DNA from: an uncultured Planctomycetaceae bacterium
GTDB lineage: Bacteria; Planctomycetota; Planctomycetia; Planctomycetales; Planctomycetaceae
Assembly (NCBI GenBank): GCA_964646205.1
Contig: CAZYAZ010000005.1
Span: 17,791 to 81,790 of the forward strand
Length of the DNA stretch: 64,000 nucleotides
Direction of reading: 5' to 3'
Shown piece after piece: positions 17,756-26,621 of this stretch (position 1 is its first letter; each line of letters opens with the position of its first letter). Position numbers and translations under genes: made by a program. The notes below the pieces were generated by a model that was given only the letters and a program-made list of their open reading frames with translations, did no database searches and was not told the origin of the DNA.

Positions 17756-20290
17756 GTGACGTCCACCAAAAGATTGAAAACCGCTGGCAGATCGATCCTG
17801 CTCGGGATCGGTTTGCTGGTCGGACAGTGTGGCGACGTGTTTTCGTCCGATCGGATCGTGATTGAGCCCGAGCGGATAGAAATCAACAGCCAACTTGACC
17901 AGGTTCAGTTGCTCGTGACTCTGATAAAGGAGTCGGGACAGGAACGCGATGTGACGCGAGTGTCCTCGTTCATTCTCGAAGGAAAAGCGGTCGCGTCGAT
18001 CGATTCCCGGGGACGCGTGGAGGCGTCGGCAGCGGGTGAGGCGACCCTGGTGGTCCGGTCCGGCGGATCCGTGGCACGGCTTCCGGTCGTGGTCGGCGAG
18101 GGGTTCAACGAGGCGACCTCGCGATTTGTCGATCACGTGTTGCCGGTGTTGAGCCGTTCCGGATGCAACCAGGGGGCGTGTCATGCATCGCAGTTTGGCA
18201 AGGGAGGCTTCAAGCTGTCTGTCTTTGCCTTTGCTCCCGAAGCCGATCACCTGGCATTGACCCGGGAATGGGACAACCGTCGCGTTTCGCTGGTCTCGCC
18301 GGAAGACAGCCTGGTGCTGCGGAAGGCCACTCTACAGGTCGGGCATGGTGGCGGTCGTCGGTTTTTCCCGGACACCTATGCCTACAACGTTCTGAAGGTG
18401 TGGGTTTCTGATGGTGCACCGGGGCCGGTTGAGCCAGAACAATCGGAATCCACTCGGATCGTCGGACTCGGCGTTTTTCCGCATGAACGGACCTACCGGT
18501 CGGGGCAAACCCAGCAGTTGCGCGTTGTTGCTCGATATGCCGACGGTCACATGAATGATGTGACCCGGCGAGCGGCCTTCGACAGTCTCGAGTCTGGAAT
18601 CGCGAGCGTGGACAGTGATGGACAACTCGCGGTTACCGGCAGCGGCCAGGCGGCGATCATGGTTCGATTTCGCGGGCAGACGGCCGTTTCACATGTTATT
18701 TCTCCGTTCCTGGGGACTCCAGCGGTGGCCCGCGACACAACGGGTTCCAACCTGATCGACAAGCACGTGGCCCGCCGCTGGGAGAGACTCAATATGCGGC
18801 CAGCGCCGCGTTGCAGTGACGCGGAGTTCATCCGACGGGCGTTTTTGGATTGCCTGGGCACACTGCCGCGGACCGAGGTGGTGGAGCGATTTCTGGCCTC
18901 CGACGCGGCCGACAAGCGCGATCGGTTGGTGGACCAGATCCTGGGGCTGACCGGTGATCCAGCACTGGATCTCTATGTCGACGAGTGGAGTACATTTTGG
19001 ACTCTGAAGTTCTCTGATGTCCTCCGCAACAATCGCAAGACATCGGGCGACGCCGGGATGTGGGCCTTTCACAACTGGATTCGTCAATCGCTGCGTCACA
19101 ACAAGCCGTACGACCAGTTCACCCGGGAATTGATCACCGCACAGGGGTCCATTTTCGAACACGGTCCCGCCAATTTTATCGCCTCGTCTCGCCGTCCGAC
19201 CGACGTGGCGACGATTTCAGATCCGGCCGATCTGGCCGAGACAACCGCCCAGGTGTTCCTGGGCATCCGGTTGCAGTGTGCCCGGTGTCATCACCATCCG
19301 TTCGAGTCGTACAGCCAGTCGGATTTCTACGGCCTGGCGGCCTTCTTCACACGGCTGGACAGCAAGTCCAGCGGAACGTTCGGTGAGTTGGGTTTTGATG
19401 CGGTGGTGAGCCTGGCTCCGCTGGATGCCAGCCGGGCGCTGAAACATCCTCGAAGCGGCCAGGTCGTTGCTCCGCGTCCACTGGGCGGAGCGGCTGTAGA
19501 CACCCGGGGCGTTCTCGACATCCGCGAACCGCTGGTTGACTGGTTGGTGTCCCCGGAGAACCGGTTGTATTCGCGGAATATTGTCAACCGGATCTGGGGC
19601 CATTTTCTGGGCACCGGAATTGTCGAGCCTGTCGACGATCTGCGGTCGACAAATCCTCCGACGAACCCACAATTGCTCGATGCCGTGGCGGACGATTTCG
19701 TGGCTCACAAGTACGATCTGAAACATCTGATGCGCAGGATCATGACATCGGCCACCTATCAGTTGTCGTCGACGGCTGATCCGGAACATGTCAACGACCG
19801 GCGGTTCTACACTCACTACAACGTGAAACGCTTGTCGGCCGAAGTTTTGCTGGATGCGATCGACCACGCTTGTGGAACCCACGAACGATTTCCCGGGGTA
19901 CCACCCGGTACCCGGGCCATTGCGTTGCCTGACCCGAATTTCGAATCGTATTTTCTCGACACGCTGGGTCGTCCCAGGCGGTTGACCAATTGCGAGTGTG
20001 AGCGGACGGCCGAGCCGAACATGTCCCAGGTGTTGCACCTGTGCAACGGGGAAAAATTCGAGAAAAAGCTGGCCGACAAGAATGGAAGATTGTCGCGGTT
20101 GGTCGCCGGGAAACGGGCGACCGACGAGATCGTCACCCAACTGTACCTGGCCACCTTCAGTCGTCTTCCATCGGATGCTGAAATGACCACTTGCCGCGAG
20201 GTGATTGGTCAGTCGGAGAATCGACGGAAAGGCCTGGAAAATATCCTGTGGGCACTCTGCAACAGCCGCGAGTTCCTGTTCAATCATTGA
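17756..20290 (+). CDS. Big_2 + DUF1549(PSCyt2)/DUF1553(PSD1) protein
   Basis: GTG 17756 gives VTSTKRLKTAGRSILLGIGLLVGQ (signal/anchor). There are Ig-like Big_2 stretches, the GCNQGACHASQFGKGGFKLS block, the QCARCHHHPFESYSQSDFYGLAAFF CxxCH block and a DUF1553-like C-terminus. The upstream part of the track ORF (17501-17755) looks non-coding. Confidence 0.85.
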   Translation: MTSTKRLKTAGRSILLGIGLLVGQCGDVFSSDRIVIEPERIEINSQLDQVQLLVTLIKESGQERDVTRVSSFILEGKAVASIDSRGRVEASAAGEATLVVRSGGSVARLPVVVGEGFNEATSRFVDHVLPVLSRSGCNQGACHASQFGKGGFKLSVFAFAPEADHLALTREWDNRRVSLVSPEDSLVLRKATLQVGHGGGRRFFPDTYAYNVLKVWVSDGAPGPVEPEQSESTRIVGLGVFPHERTYRSGQTQQLRVVARYADGHMNDVTRRAAFDSLESGIASVDSDGQLAVTGSGQAAIMVRFRGQTAVSHVISPFLGTPAVARDTTGSNLIDKHVARRWERLNMRPAPRCSDAEFIRRAFLDCLGTLPRTEVVERFLASDAADKRDRLVDQILGLTGDPALDLYVDEWSTFWTLKFSDVLRNNRKTSGDAGMWAFHNWIRQSLRHNKPYDQFTRELITAQGSIFEHGPANFIASSRRPTDVATISDPADLAETTAQVFLGIRLQCARCHHHPFESYSQSDFYGLAAFFTRLDSKSSGTFGELGFDAVVSLAPLDASRALKHPRSGQVVAPRPLGGAAVDTRGVLDIREPLVDWLVSPENRLYSRNIVNRIWGHFLGTGIVEPVDDLRSTNPPTNPQLLDAVADDFVAHKYDLKHLMRRIMTSATYQLSSTADPEHVNDRRFYTHYNVKRLSAEVLLDAIDHACGTHERFPGVPPGTRAIALPDPNFESYFLDTLGRPRRLTNCECERTAEPNMSQVLHLCNGEKFEKKLADKNGRLSRLVAGKRATDEIVTQLYLATFSRLPSDAEMTTCREVIGQSENRRKGLENILWALCNSREFLFNH

Positions 20291-20331
20291 TCAAGGTGTA
20301 CCACTCGGTCATTTGACCCGGGGATTGTGAC

Positions 20332-21657
20332 ATGCTGAATCTTCGACCACAGCGACACGCCGACTGCCAGTCGTCGGGGCGGCGCGAATTTTTGATGCAG
20401 GTGGGGACGCTGGGCGGCGTGGGCTTGTCGTTGGATGGTTTGCTTCGGCACCAGGCCGCGTCGGCCAAGCCGGTTGAGGCGAGTGCCAAAAACAACTGCA
20501 TCCTGATCTGGACTCGCGGTGGAACCAGTCACCATGACACGCTGGATCCAAAGCCGGACGCGAGTGCGGAAATCCGGGGAGAGTTTGGGACCACGGCCAC
20601 ATCGATTCCCGGTGTTCGGTTCTCGGACCACGTTCCCGGGTTCGCTCGCGGGGCCAAAGACCTGGCCGTTGTCCGCAACCTGAATTCGATCAACGGCGCC
20701 CACGGTTCGGCCGACGCGATCATGCTGTCCGGTTGGCAGTTGAATCCTGCCGTCACCTATCCCACCTACGGTTCGGTGATCTCGCGCGAGCGCGGCCCGC
20801 GTCGTGACATGCCGGCTTTCGTCCAGTTGGGCAACGAGGTGGACCGGAAATTTATGGGGGGCACGGCGGGGTACCTGGGGATCACGCACAATCCTTTCGA
20901 GGTGTTCGAGGATCCCAATGCCGAGAAGTTCACTGTCCGCGATCTCACGTTGCCCGGGGGGGTCAGCCCCGGCCGAGTGTCATTGAGGCGCGAGGCGTTG
21001 ACCAAGCTCGATACCCTGCAGCGTGGTTTGGCCAAGAGACCGGCGGCACTGTCGGCCATCGATACTTATTATCGCGACGCGTTCCGGATGATCAGTTCGG
21101 CCAACACACAGCGAGCCTTCCAGTTGTCACGCGAGTCGGACAAGACTCGTGATGCTTATGGTCGCACGACATTTGGCCAGAGTTGCCTGCTGGCTCGACG
21201 GTTGATCGAGTCGGGCAGCCGGTTTGTCACAGTCAGCAATGCCGACTGGGACACCCATGACAAGAATTTCAGTCGGCTCAAGAAGTTGCTGCCGCCAATT
21301 GACCAGGCATTTCCTGCACTGGTGTCCGACTTGAAAGAGCGTGGTCTGCTGGAATCGACATTGGTTGTCTGGCTGACTGATTTTGGACGTACCCCAAAAG
21401 TGAACACGGCTGCGGGACGGGATCACTGGGCGTCTGCTGGATTGGCTGTCTTTGCCGGTGCGGGGACCCCGCCAGGGATCATTGTCGGTCAGACTGATGC
21501 CGAGGGAGGCCGCAGTGTCGGTGAGGAGTACAACCCGCGGGACATCGCGGCGACTATCTACAGCAAACTCGGGATCCCGCTGGACACGACCCACGTCATT
21601 GGCGACGGCCGTCCGATGAGGTTGTGCGAGGGGCGACCGATCCGGGAGCTGTCATGA
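20332..21657 (+). CDS. DUF1501-domain protein
   Basis: N-terminus MLNLRPQRHADCQSSGRREFLMQVG. C-terminal block VVWLTDFGRTPKVNTAAGRDHWASAGLAVFAGAG. Confidence 0.85.
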   Translation: MLNLRPQRHADCQSSGRREFLMQVGTLGGVGLSLDGLLRHQAASAKPVEASAKNNCILIWTRGGTSHHDTLDPKPDASAEIRGEFGTTATSIPGVRFSDHVPGFARGAKDLAVVRNLNSINGAHGSADAIMLSGWQLNPAVTYPTYGSVISRERGPRRDMPAFVQLGNEVDRKFMGGTAGYLGITHNPFEVFEDPNAEKFTVRDLTLPGGVSPGRVSLRREALTKLDTLQRGLAKRPAALSAIDTYYRDAFRMISSANTQRAFQLSRESDKTRDAYGRTTFGQSCLLARRLIESGSRFVTVSNADWDTHDKNFSRLKKLLPPIDQAFPALVSDLKERGLLESTLVVWLTDFGRTPKVNTAAGRDHWASAGLAVFAGAGTPPGIIVGQTDAEGGRSVGEEYNPRDIAATIYSKLGIPLDTTHVIGDGRPMRLCEGRPIRELS

Positions 21658-23891
21658 AACAGATTTCCGGAACCGTTTTCGGTGCCTGGGGGCGTTTTCT
21701 CCGGCGGGTGTTTTGCCTGCCGGTCACCTGCCTGGTTGTGTGGACTCTGACGTGCGGCCTGGCCCAGGATGTGGCCACCGCCGACCACAAGATCAGTTTC
21801 CGACAGATCACCCGGACGCATCCCATTGCCGTACAACGGGGACAGACGGCGCGGGTTCGTGTCTGGTCCAATTTCACACTGAACAATTCGCATTCGACGT
21901 TCTTCGTCCCCGCGGGGGTGCGGATGACTCAACTCAAAGAACCCGCCAGAAAGGTCGAATTCTCTGAGCCGCAGGAGTCGGACCAGGGCGAGGATTACGG
22001 GTTTTCCGTTGAGGTCCCCAAGGGACAGTTGCCCGGAGTGTACGAGTACCGGATCGCTACAGACCAGGCCGTCAGCAGTGTTGGTCACTTGATGGTGACC
22101 GATTATCCGGTCGTGACCGAGGTGGCCGGAGACAACCACACCGCGACCACCGCCCAACTGGTCCCGATTCCATCGGCAGTGTGTGGCAATATCGACGATT
22201 TTGAAGATGTTGATCTGTACCGGGTTCATGGCCGGGCCGGGCAGGAATTGGTCTGCCAGATCTTTGCGCAGCGGGTGACCCGGGCCATTCATTGCATGGC
22301 GATCCAGTACCCCAAGATTCACCTGATGGATTCCTATCTCACCCTTCGCGATTCGCGGGGACGTGTGGTGGCCGAGAACGACAACCATGTCGGTGGCGAT
22401 GCGATGTTGCGGTGTCGATTGCCGGCTTCAGGCGATTACATCCTGGAAGTCCGGGATTCGCGGTATGCCGGGGATCCGCGTTACGTCTACTGTGTCGAGA
22501 TTTCCGAAGGACCGATGGCGATCGCAACATTTCCGCTGTCGGTGCAACGTGGGCATTCGACAACGACCGAGGTCGTCGCGACACAACCGGAAAATGTGCC
22601 CCGCGAGGCACCGGAAATGGCGCGGCGAGTGCGGTGGGATGTGTCAGCTGACGTTCCCGTCGGTTGGCGCCGTGTGCGGGTTGCCGGTGCGGATGGGAAG
22701 CCCGGGCCGGTCGTACCACAACTGGTCAGCCGTCACCGCCAGGTTGTCGCGGATGGCAAAAACAACTCGGTGGACAAGGCCCTGTCGCTGAAACTTCCGG
22801 TGGGTGTCAACGGCCGCTTCCAGCGTGTCGGACAGACGCACTTCTATCGCTTCACGGCGACCGCGCAGAGTGTCACGCGGATCGACGTGCAATCACGCCG
22901 CCGTGGCCTGGCCGTGGACGGTGTCGTTGTGGTGATGGACAGCACGGGGAAGATCCTGGCTACCGCCGATGACGGCGATTTCACCAAGGACGCGGGATTG
23001 TATTTTCGGGCTCCGGCCGACGGCGAATACGTGATCGGTGTCCGGGACCTGAACCGTCGCGCTGGCGACCTGTTCATTTACCACTTGTCAGTCGAACCGA
23101 GTGGTGAGGATTTTGAGATTCACGGTGAATATTACTACGGGATGTTGGCACCCGGTGGACACGCGGCCTGGTTTGTGCGGTTGAAACGGCTCAACGGTTT
23201 CAAAGGGCCGGTGGAAATCCTTGTCGACCGGTTGCCCCAGGGAGTCACATGCGAGCCGGTCGTGATTCCAGCGGGCTTCACGCATTGTGCGCTGGTGTTC
23301 TCGGCCAAAGCAAAGGCCCCCATCAACGCGTCGTTGGTGCGGGTTCGTGGTCGGGCCCGTTTGCCGCGGGCGGGGGGTGAGGTGCTGGTGGAGCGGCAAG
23401 CGAACGTGCTGGGGGAATTGCGACGTGCTGGGGCAAGCCGGTTTGTGCGGATGCCGATCCAGAGCCAGTTGCTGGGCGTGACAAGGCCCCTGGACCTGCA
23501 CGGCGTCACCGCGACTCCATCGCAGTTGACATTGAAGCCGGGGGCCACGGCCACGCTCACCGTCCGGATCAAGCGGAGTCCCGAGTACAGTGAGCAGGTG
23601 TTGCTGAATATGGCACTGTTGTTCTTCAACCAGGCGGTTGGTCAGCAGTTGCCCCCGGGAGTGAGCGTGCAGGGTGAAACAACCAAGAAGCTGACCGGCG
23701 ACGCACTCGAGGCGGTGTTCACCCTGCGGGCCACCGACTCGGCAAAAGCGGTGACCAGGTGGCCAATCGCGGTGGTGGCCCGTGTCCCGATTACCTATAC
23801 GATCATGACAAGCTACGCGTCGAATCCCGTCTTCCTGACGGTGGATGGCGCGGCTGCGGTTGGCACAAACAGTGCGCCGAAGGCACCGTGA
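21654..23891 (+). CDS. secreted protein with two pre-peptidase C-terminal (PPC)-like domains followed by Ig-like repeats
   Basis: ATGA overlap with the DUF1501 stop. Signal peptide MKQISGTVFGAWGRFLRRVFCLPVTCLVVW. PPC-like units: IDDFEDVDLYRVHGRAGQ...GDYILEVRD and GQTHFYRFTATAQS...DGEYVIGVRD. It is a paralogue of 26622..29075. Confidence 0.6.
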   Translation: MKQISGTVFGAWGRFLRRVFCLPVTCLVVWTLTCGLAQDVATADHKISFRQITRTHPIAVQRGQTARVRVWSNFTLNNSHSTFFVPAGVRMTQLKEPARKVEFSEPQESDQGEDYGFSVEVPKGQLPGVYEYRIATDQAVSSVGHLMVTDYPVVTEVAGDNHTATTAQLVPIPSAVCGNIDDFEDVDLYRVHGRAGQELVCQIFAQRVTRAIHCMAIQYPKIHLMDSYLTLRDSRGRVVAENDNHVGGDAMLRCRLPASGDYILEVRDSRYAGDPRYVYCVEISEGPMAIATFPLSVQRGHSTTTEVVATQPENVPREAPEMARRVRWDVSADVPVGWRRVRVAGADGKPGPVVPQLVSRHRQVVADGKNNSVDKALSLKLPVGVNGRFQRVGQTHFYRFTATAQSVTRIDVQSRRRGLAVDGVVVVMDSTGKILATADDGDFTKDAGLYFRAPADGEYVIGVRDLNRRAGDLFIYHLSVEPSGEDFEIHGEYYYGMLAPGGHAAWFVRLKRLNGFKGPVEILVDRLPQGVTCEPVVIPAGFTHCALVFSAKAKAPINASLVRVRGRARLPRAGGEVLVERQANVLGELRRAGASRFVRMPIQSQLLGVTRPLDLHGVTATPSQLTLKPGATATLTVRIKRSPEYSEQVLLNMALLFFNQAVGQQLPPGVSVQGETTKKLTGDALEAVFTLRATDSAKAVTRWPIAVVARVPITYTIMTSYASNPVFLTVDGAAAVGTNSAPKAP

Positions 23892-23917
23892 CGAACCGGC
23901 AATTGGGGGGCACACAG

Positions 23918-25231
23918 ATGACCAGAAGCGTTCTCGTGTTGTTGTTGCTGGGAATGGTTTCGGTTGCCGTTTCAGCGGCGCCCTTGCCGGAGAAAATCGG
24001 CGATCTCGACATTCCTGATGTGAGCCAGTTGCCGCGTGTCGATCGCAACAAACGGCCGGGCCGCCAGGAGTCGAAGAACTCGGCGTTCATTCTGAAGACA
24101 GAACCTCATCGGGTCGCCGGAGAGCGTTATGTCATTCTGACTGATCATCGCTCTCCTCTTTTTTTGTCCAGCCTGCAGCGATTGGCAAAGGCCAGGGACG
24201 GGGTCATCCTGAAAGTCGACGACCTGGCCTTGCTGGGGCGGGATTCGGAAACACTCGAGTCACTTCGTCAAAAACTGCGGGCGGCTCGTGTTCGTTTTCT
24301 GGCCGTTGCGCCCAGGAAGAGTTCATTCCGTGAGAATATGGTGCTGGGCCTGTGGGAATTGACGTCGACACTCGACGACGATCCCCTGGTGGATGTCTTT
24401 CCGGGAATCCTGTTGGCCTCCACCCCCGGGCAATTCAAGGCCCTCGTGGATCGTTCAATTCAGCACAAGCCCGTGGCAATTTCGCGTTTGAAGCCACTGG
24501 CCATTAGCCAGGTTCCCCGGGCTGAAGAATTGCGGTCGTTGCAGAAGGCGGCAGTCCTGCGGAAGTGGTTCCGACGGTCCAATGTCACTACTCCCATTGT
24601 GGCGGTCTACAGTCGAGGAGCCGTCGAGGCAGCAAAGCTCACGGGGCCTGGAATCTGGAATCTGCAGGCAACGAGCCAGCAACCGTTCATCAAGTCGTTT
24701 CCCAGAGGGGCTGAAGCGGCGTTTCGCGCGGCGTCGCTGGTGGTGATGCATGGTCATGGGGTTCCAGGCATGTCGTGTGGAGTCGACATTGATGGTCTGC
24801 CGGTCGACCTGACGGGCAAGGTGATTCTCAGTGGATCCTGCTTTGCCGCGTCACCGGTGCGGTCGGATTTTCCGGCGCTCCGCCAGGCACCCGGTGGATA
24901 CGAGGTGAAAAAGAGGGACGCATTTGCGTTGCGGGCGATCGATAACGGCGCGACCGTCTTCTTTGGTCACATGCGGTTGAGCATGGGATTTCCTCACCTG
25001 TTTCCGGTGCTGGAAGCCTGGTCGCAGGGGCAGAGTGTCGGCGAATCGTATCAGCAGTTGATCAACGCATTGATCACGGTTCGAGGATTCCGTGCGGGGC
25101 GATTCCTGGTCGCTCCCGCTGTTCCCGGACGTGTCTCGCGGCGTCGCGTGCCTCAGAACCTGTTGCTGTATGTCGTGTTTGGTGATCCTGCAGTGCGGCC
25201 GTTCGAATCCATAGCCACGGGATCCCGTTGA
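23918..25231 (+). CDS. secreted hypothetical protein, possibly a clan-CD (gingipain C25-like) cysteine-peptidase fold
   Basis: Signal peptide MTRSVLVLLLLGMVSVAVSA with GGGGGG upstream. His then Cys pair in LVVMHGHGVPG ... KVILSGSCFAASP, about 30 residues apart. GATVFFGH and the terminal YVVFGDPAVRP recall C25-type domains. The coding call is firm; the function is tentative. Confidence 0.45.
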   Translation: MTRSVLVLLLLGMVSVAVSAAPLPEKIGDLDIPDVSQLPRVDRNKRPGRQESKNSAFILKTEPHRVAGERYVILTDHRSPLFLSSLQRLAKARDGVILKVDDLALLGRDSETLESLRQKLRAARVRFLAVAPRKSSFRENMVLGLWELTSTLDDDPLVDVFPGILLASTPGQFKALVDRSIQHKPVAISRLKPLAISQVPRAEELRSLQKAAVLRKWFRRSNVTTPIVAVYSRGAVEAAKLTGPGIWNLQATSQQPFIKSFPRGAEAAFRAASLVVMHGHGVPGMSCGVDIDGLPVDLTGKVILSGSCFAASPVRSDFPALRQAPGGYEVKKRDAFALRAIDNGATVFFGHMRLSMGFPHLFPVLEAWSQGQSVGESYQQLINALITVRGFRAGRFLVAPAVPGRVSRRRVPQNLLLYVVFGDPAVRPFESIATGSR

Positions 25232-25261
25232 CCTCCACGACCGGTGGTGAACTTCCCCGGA

Positions 25262-26617
25262 TCAGAACAATCGTGTCAGTGGCGGTCTTTGCATGACGTG
25301 ATGCGGCCGTCCCTGGACATCGTGGACGACGGTTTGTTCGGTGCATCCGAGGGCATGGTAGATGGTCGCAACGAACTGGGACACGTGCACGGGGTCATCC
25401 TGCGGATAGGCGGCCTGGGCATCACTGCTGCCCACATGCCGCCCACCACGGACACCGCCGCCGGCCAGTACGCTGGTGTAAACCCAAGGCCAGTGATCGC
25501 GACCGGCAGGTTTGTTGCCATTCAATGACGGGGTGCGGCCGAACTCTCCCGACCACACGACAAGTGTTTGATCGAGCAGTCCGCGTTGATCCAGATCGGA
25601 CAGCAGGGCCGAGTACGCGCGGTCCATCGGTGGCAACAGTGTTGCCTTCATGTCAGGGAAATGTCCCGCGTGCGTGTCAAAATGATTTTCGTGTCCGGGC
25701 CAATTGACCTGGACGACCCTGACTCCGGCTTCGATCAGCCGCCTGGCGACAAGGCAACTGCGGCCAAACTTGTGGTTTCCGTACCGTTCCAGTGTTTCGG
25801 CCGATTCCTTCTCGATTGAAAAGGCCTGCCACGCTCCGCCTGCGTGCAGTATCTCCATGGCTCGGTCACGGTGTCGCTTCCATTGCCGCGCCGGGTTGGT
25901 GCTGACGTCGCTGTGATCCAGCCGGGTCAATAGTGCTGCACGACGATCGAGACGGGTGACTGGAAGGGCGGCGGGCAATTGAAAGGTTTTTGGTAATGAA
26001 CCGGGCAGGTCGGTCTTGGCTTCAAAAAACACTCGCAATGGATCGAACCGTCGCCCGAGAAAACCGGCGTCCTGGCCGGCGAAGCGGCCGACATTTCCCT
26101 GCTGGATCCAGAAGGGCAGATGGACCGCTGCGGGCAAACCTGCCTGGTCTCCGGTCAGTTGCTGAAAGACGGCGCCAATACTGGGAGCGTCTCGTGAATC
26201 CAGGTAGTACTCGGGTTGTGGAGTCCGGGGTTGGTGTGGGTGGCCAGTCAGGTTGTAGTGTGTCCCGCCGCCATGAAAGGTCTGGTCGTGGTGCATGGAG
26301 CGGATGATGGCCAGGTGCTGTGTCAGGCGGGCCGTCCTGGGCATGAATTCACAAACGTCGATTCCCGGTACCTGACTGGCAATGGGGTCGAATTCCCCGC
26401 GGGCGGCGCCAGTCGCCCGCGGCTTCATGTCAAAGGTCTCTTGCTGGGCGGGGCCGCCGGTGATGTGCAAGAAGATGCAGGCTCGTGCCGTGGCCGTTGG
26501 TCGTGCCGGTTGGGCATCCGCTTGGGCGGCCAGGAAGGCCAAAGGCGACAGCCCGGCCGCACCCCGAATCGCTGTTCTGCGGGTGAGGCCAGCGCCCAGT
26601 TGGTGTTTCCGAGGCAT
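25262..26617 (-). CDS. DUF1501-domain protein, Tat signal
   Basis: Start at ATG 26617 gives MPRKHQLGAGLTRRTAIRGAAGLSPLAFLAAQADA. C-terminal block VVWSGEFGRTPSLNGNKPAGRDHWPWVYTSVLAGGGVRGG. Confidence 0.85.
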   Translation of the reverse strand: MPRKHQLGAGLTRRTAIRGAAGLSPLAFLAAQADAQPARPTATARACIFLHITGGPAQQETFDMKPRATGAARGEFDPIASQVPGIDVCEFMPRTARLTQHLAIIRSMHHDQTFHGGGTHYNLTGHPHQPRTPQPEYYLDSRDAPSIGAVFQQLTGDQAGLPAAVHLPFWIQQGNVGRFAGQDAGFLGRRFDPLRVFFEAKTDLPGSLPKTFQLPAALPVTRLDRRAALLTRLDHSDVSTNPARQWKRHRDRAMEILHAGGAWQAFSIEKESAETLERYGNHKFGRSCLVARRLIEAGVRVVQVNWPGHENHFDTHAGHFPDMKATLLPPMDRAYSALLSDLDQRGLLDQTLVVWSGEFGRTPSLNGNKPAGRDHWPWVYTSVLAGGGVRGGRHVGSSDAQAAYPQDDPVHVSQFVATIYHALGCTEQTVVHDVQGRPHHVMQRPPLTRLF

Positions 26618-26621
26618 TGCC

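Noticed and set aside
17276-18250. 324-aa minus-strand ORF spanning the 17518-17755 divergent promoter region
   Set aside because: It overlaps the 5-prime ends of two well-supported divergent genes. It has a low-complexity Arg/Ser/Pro-rich translation and no motifs.
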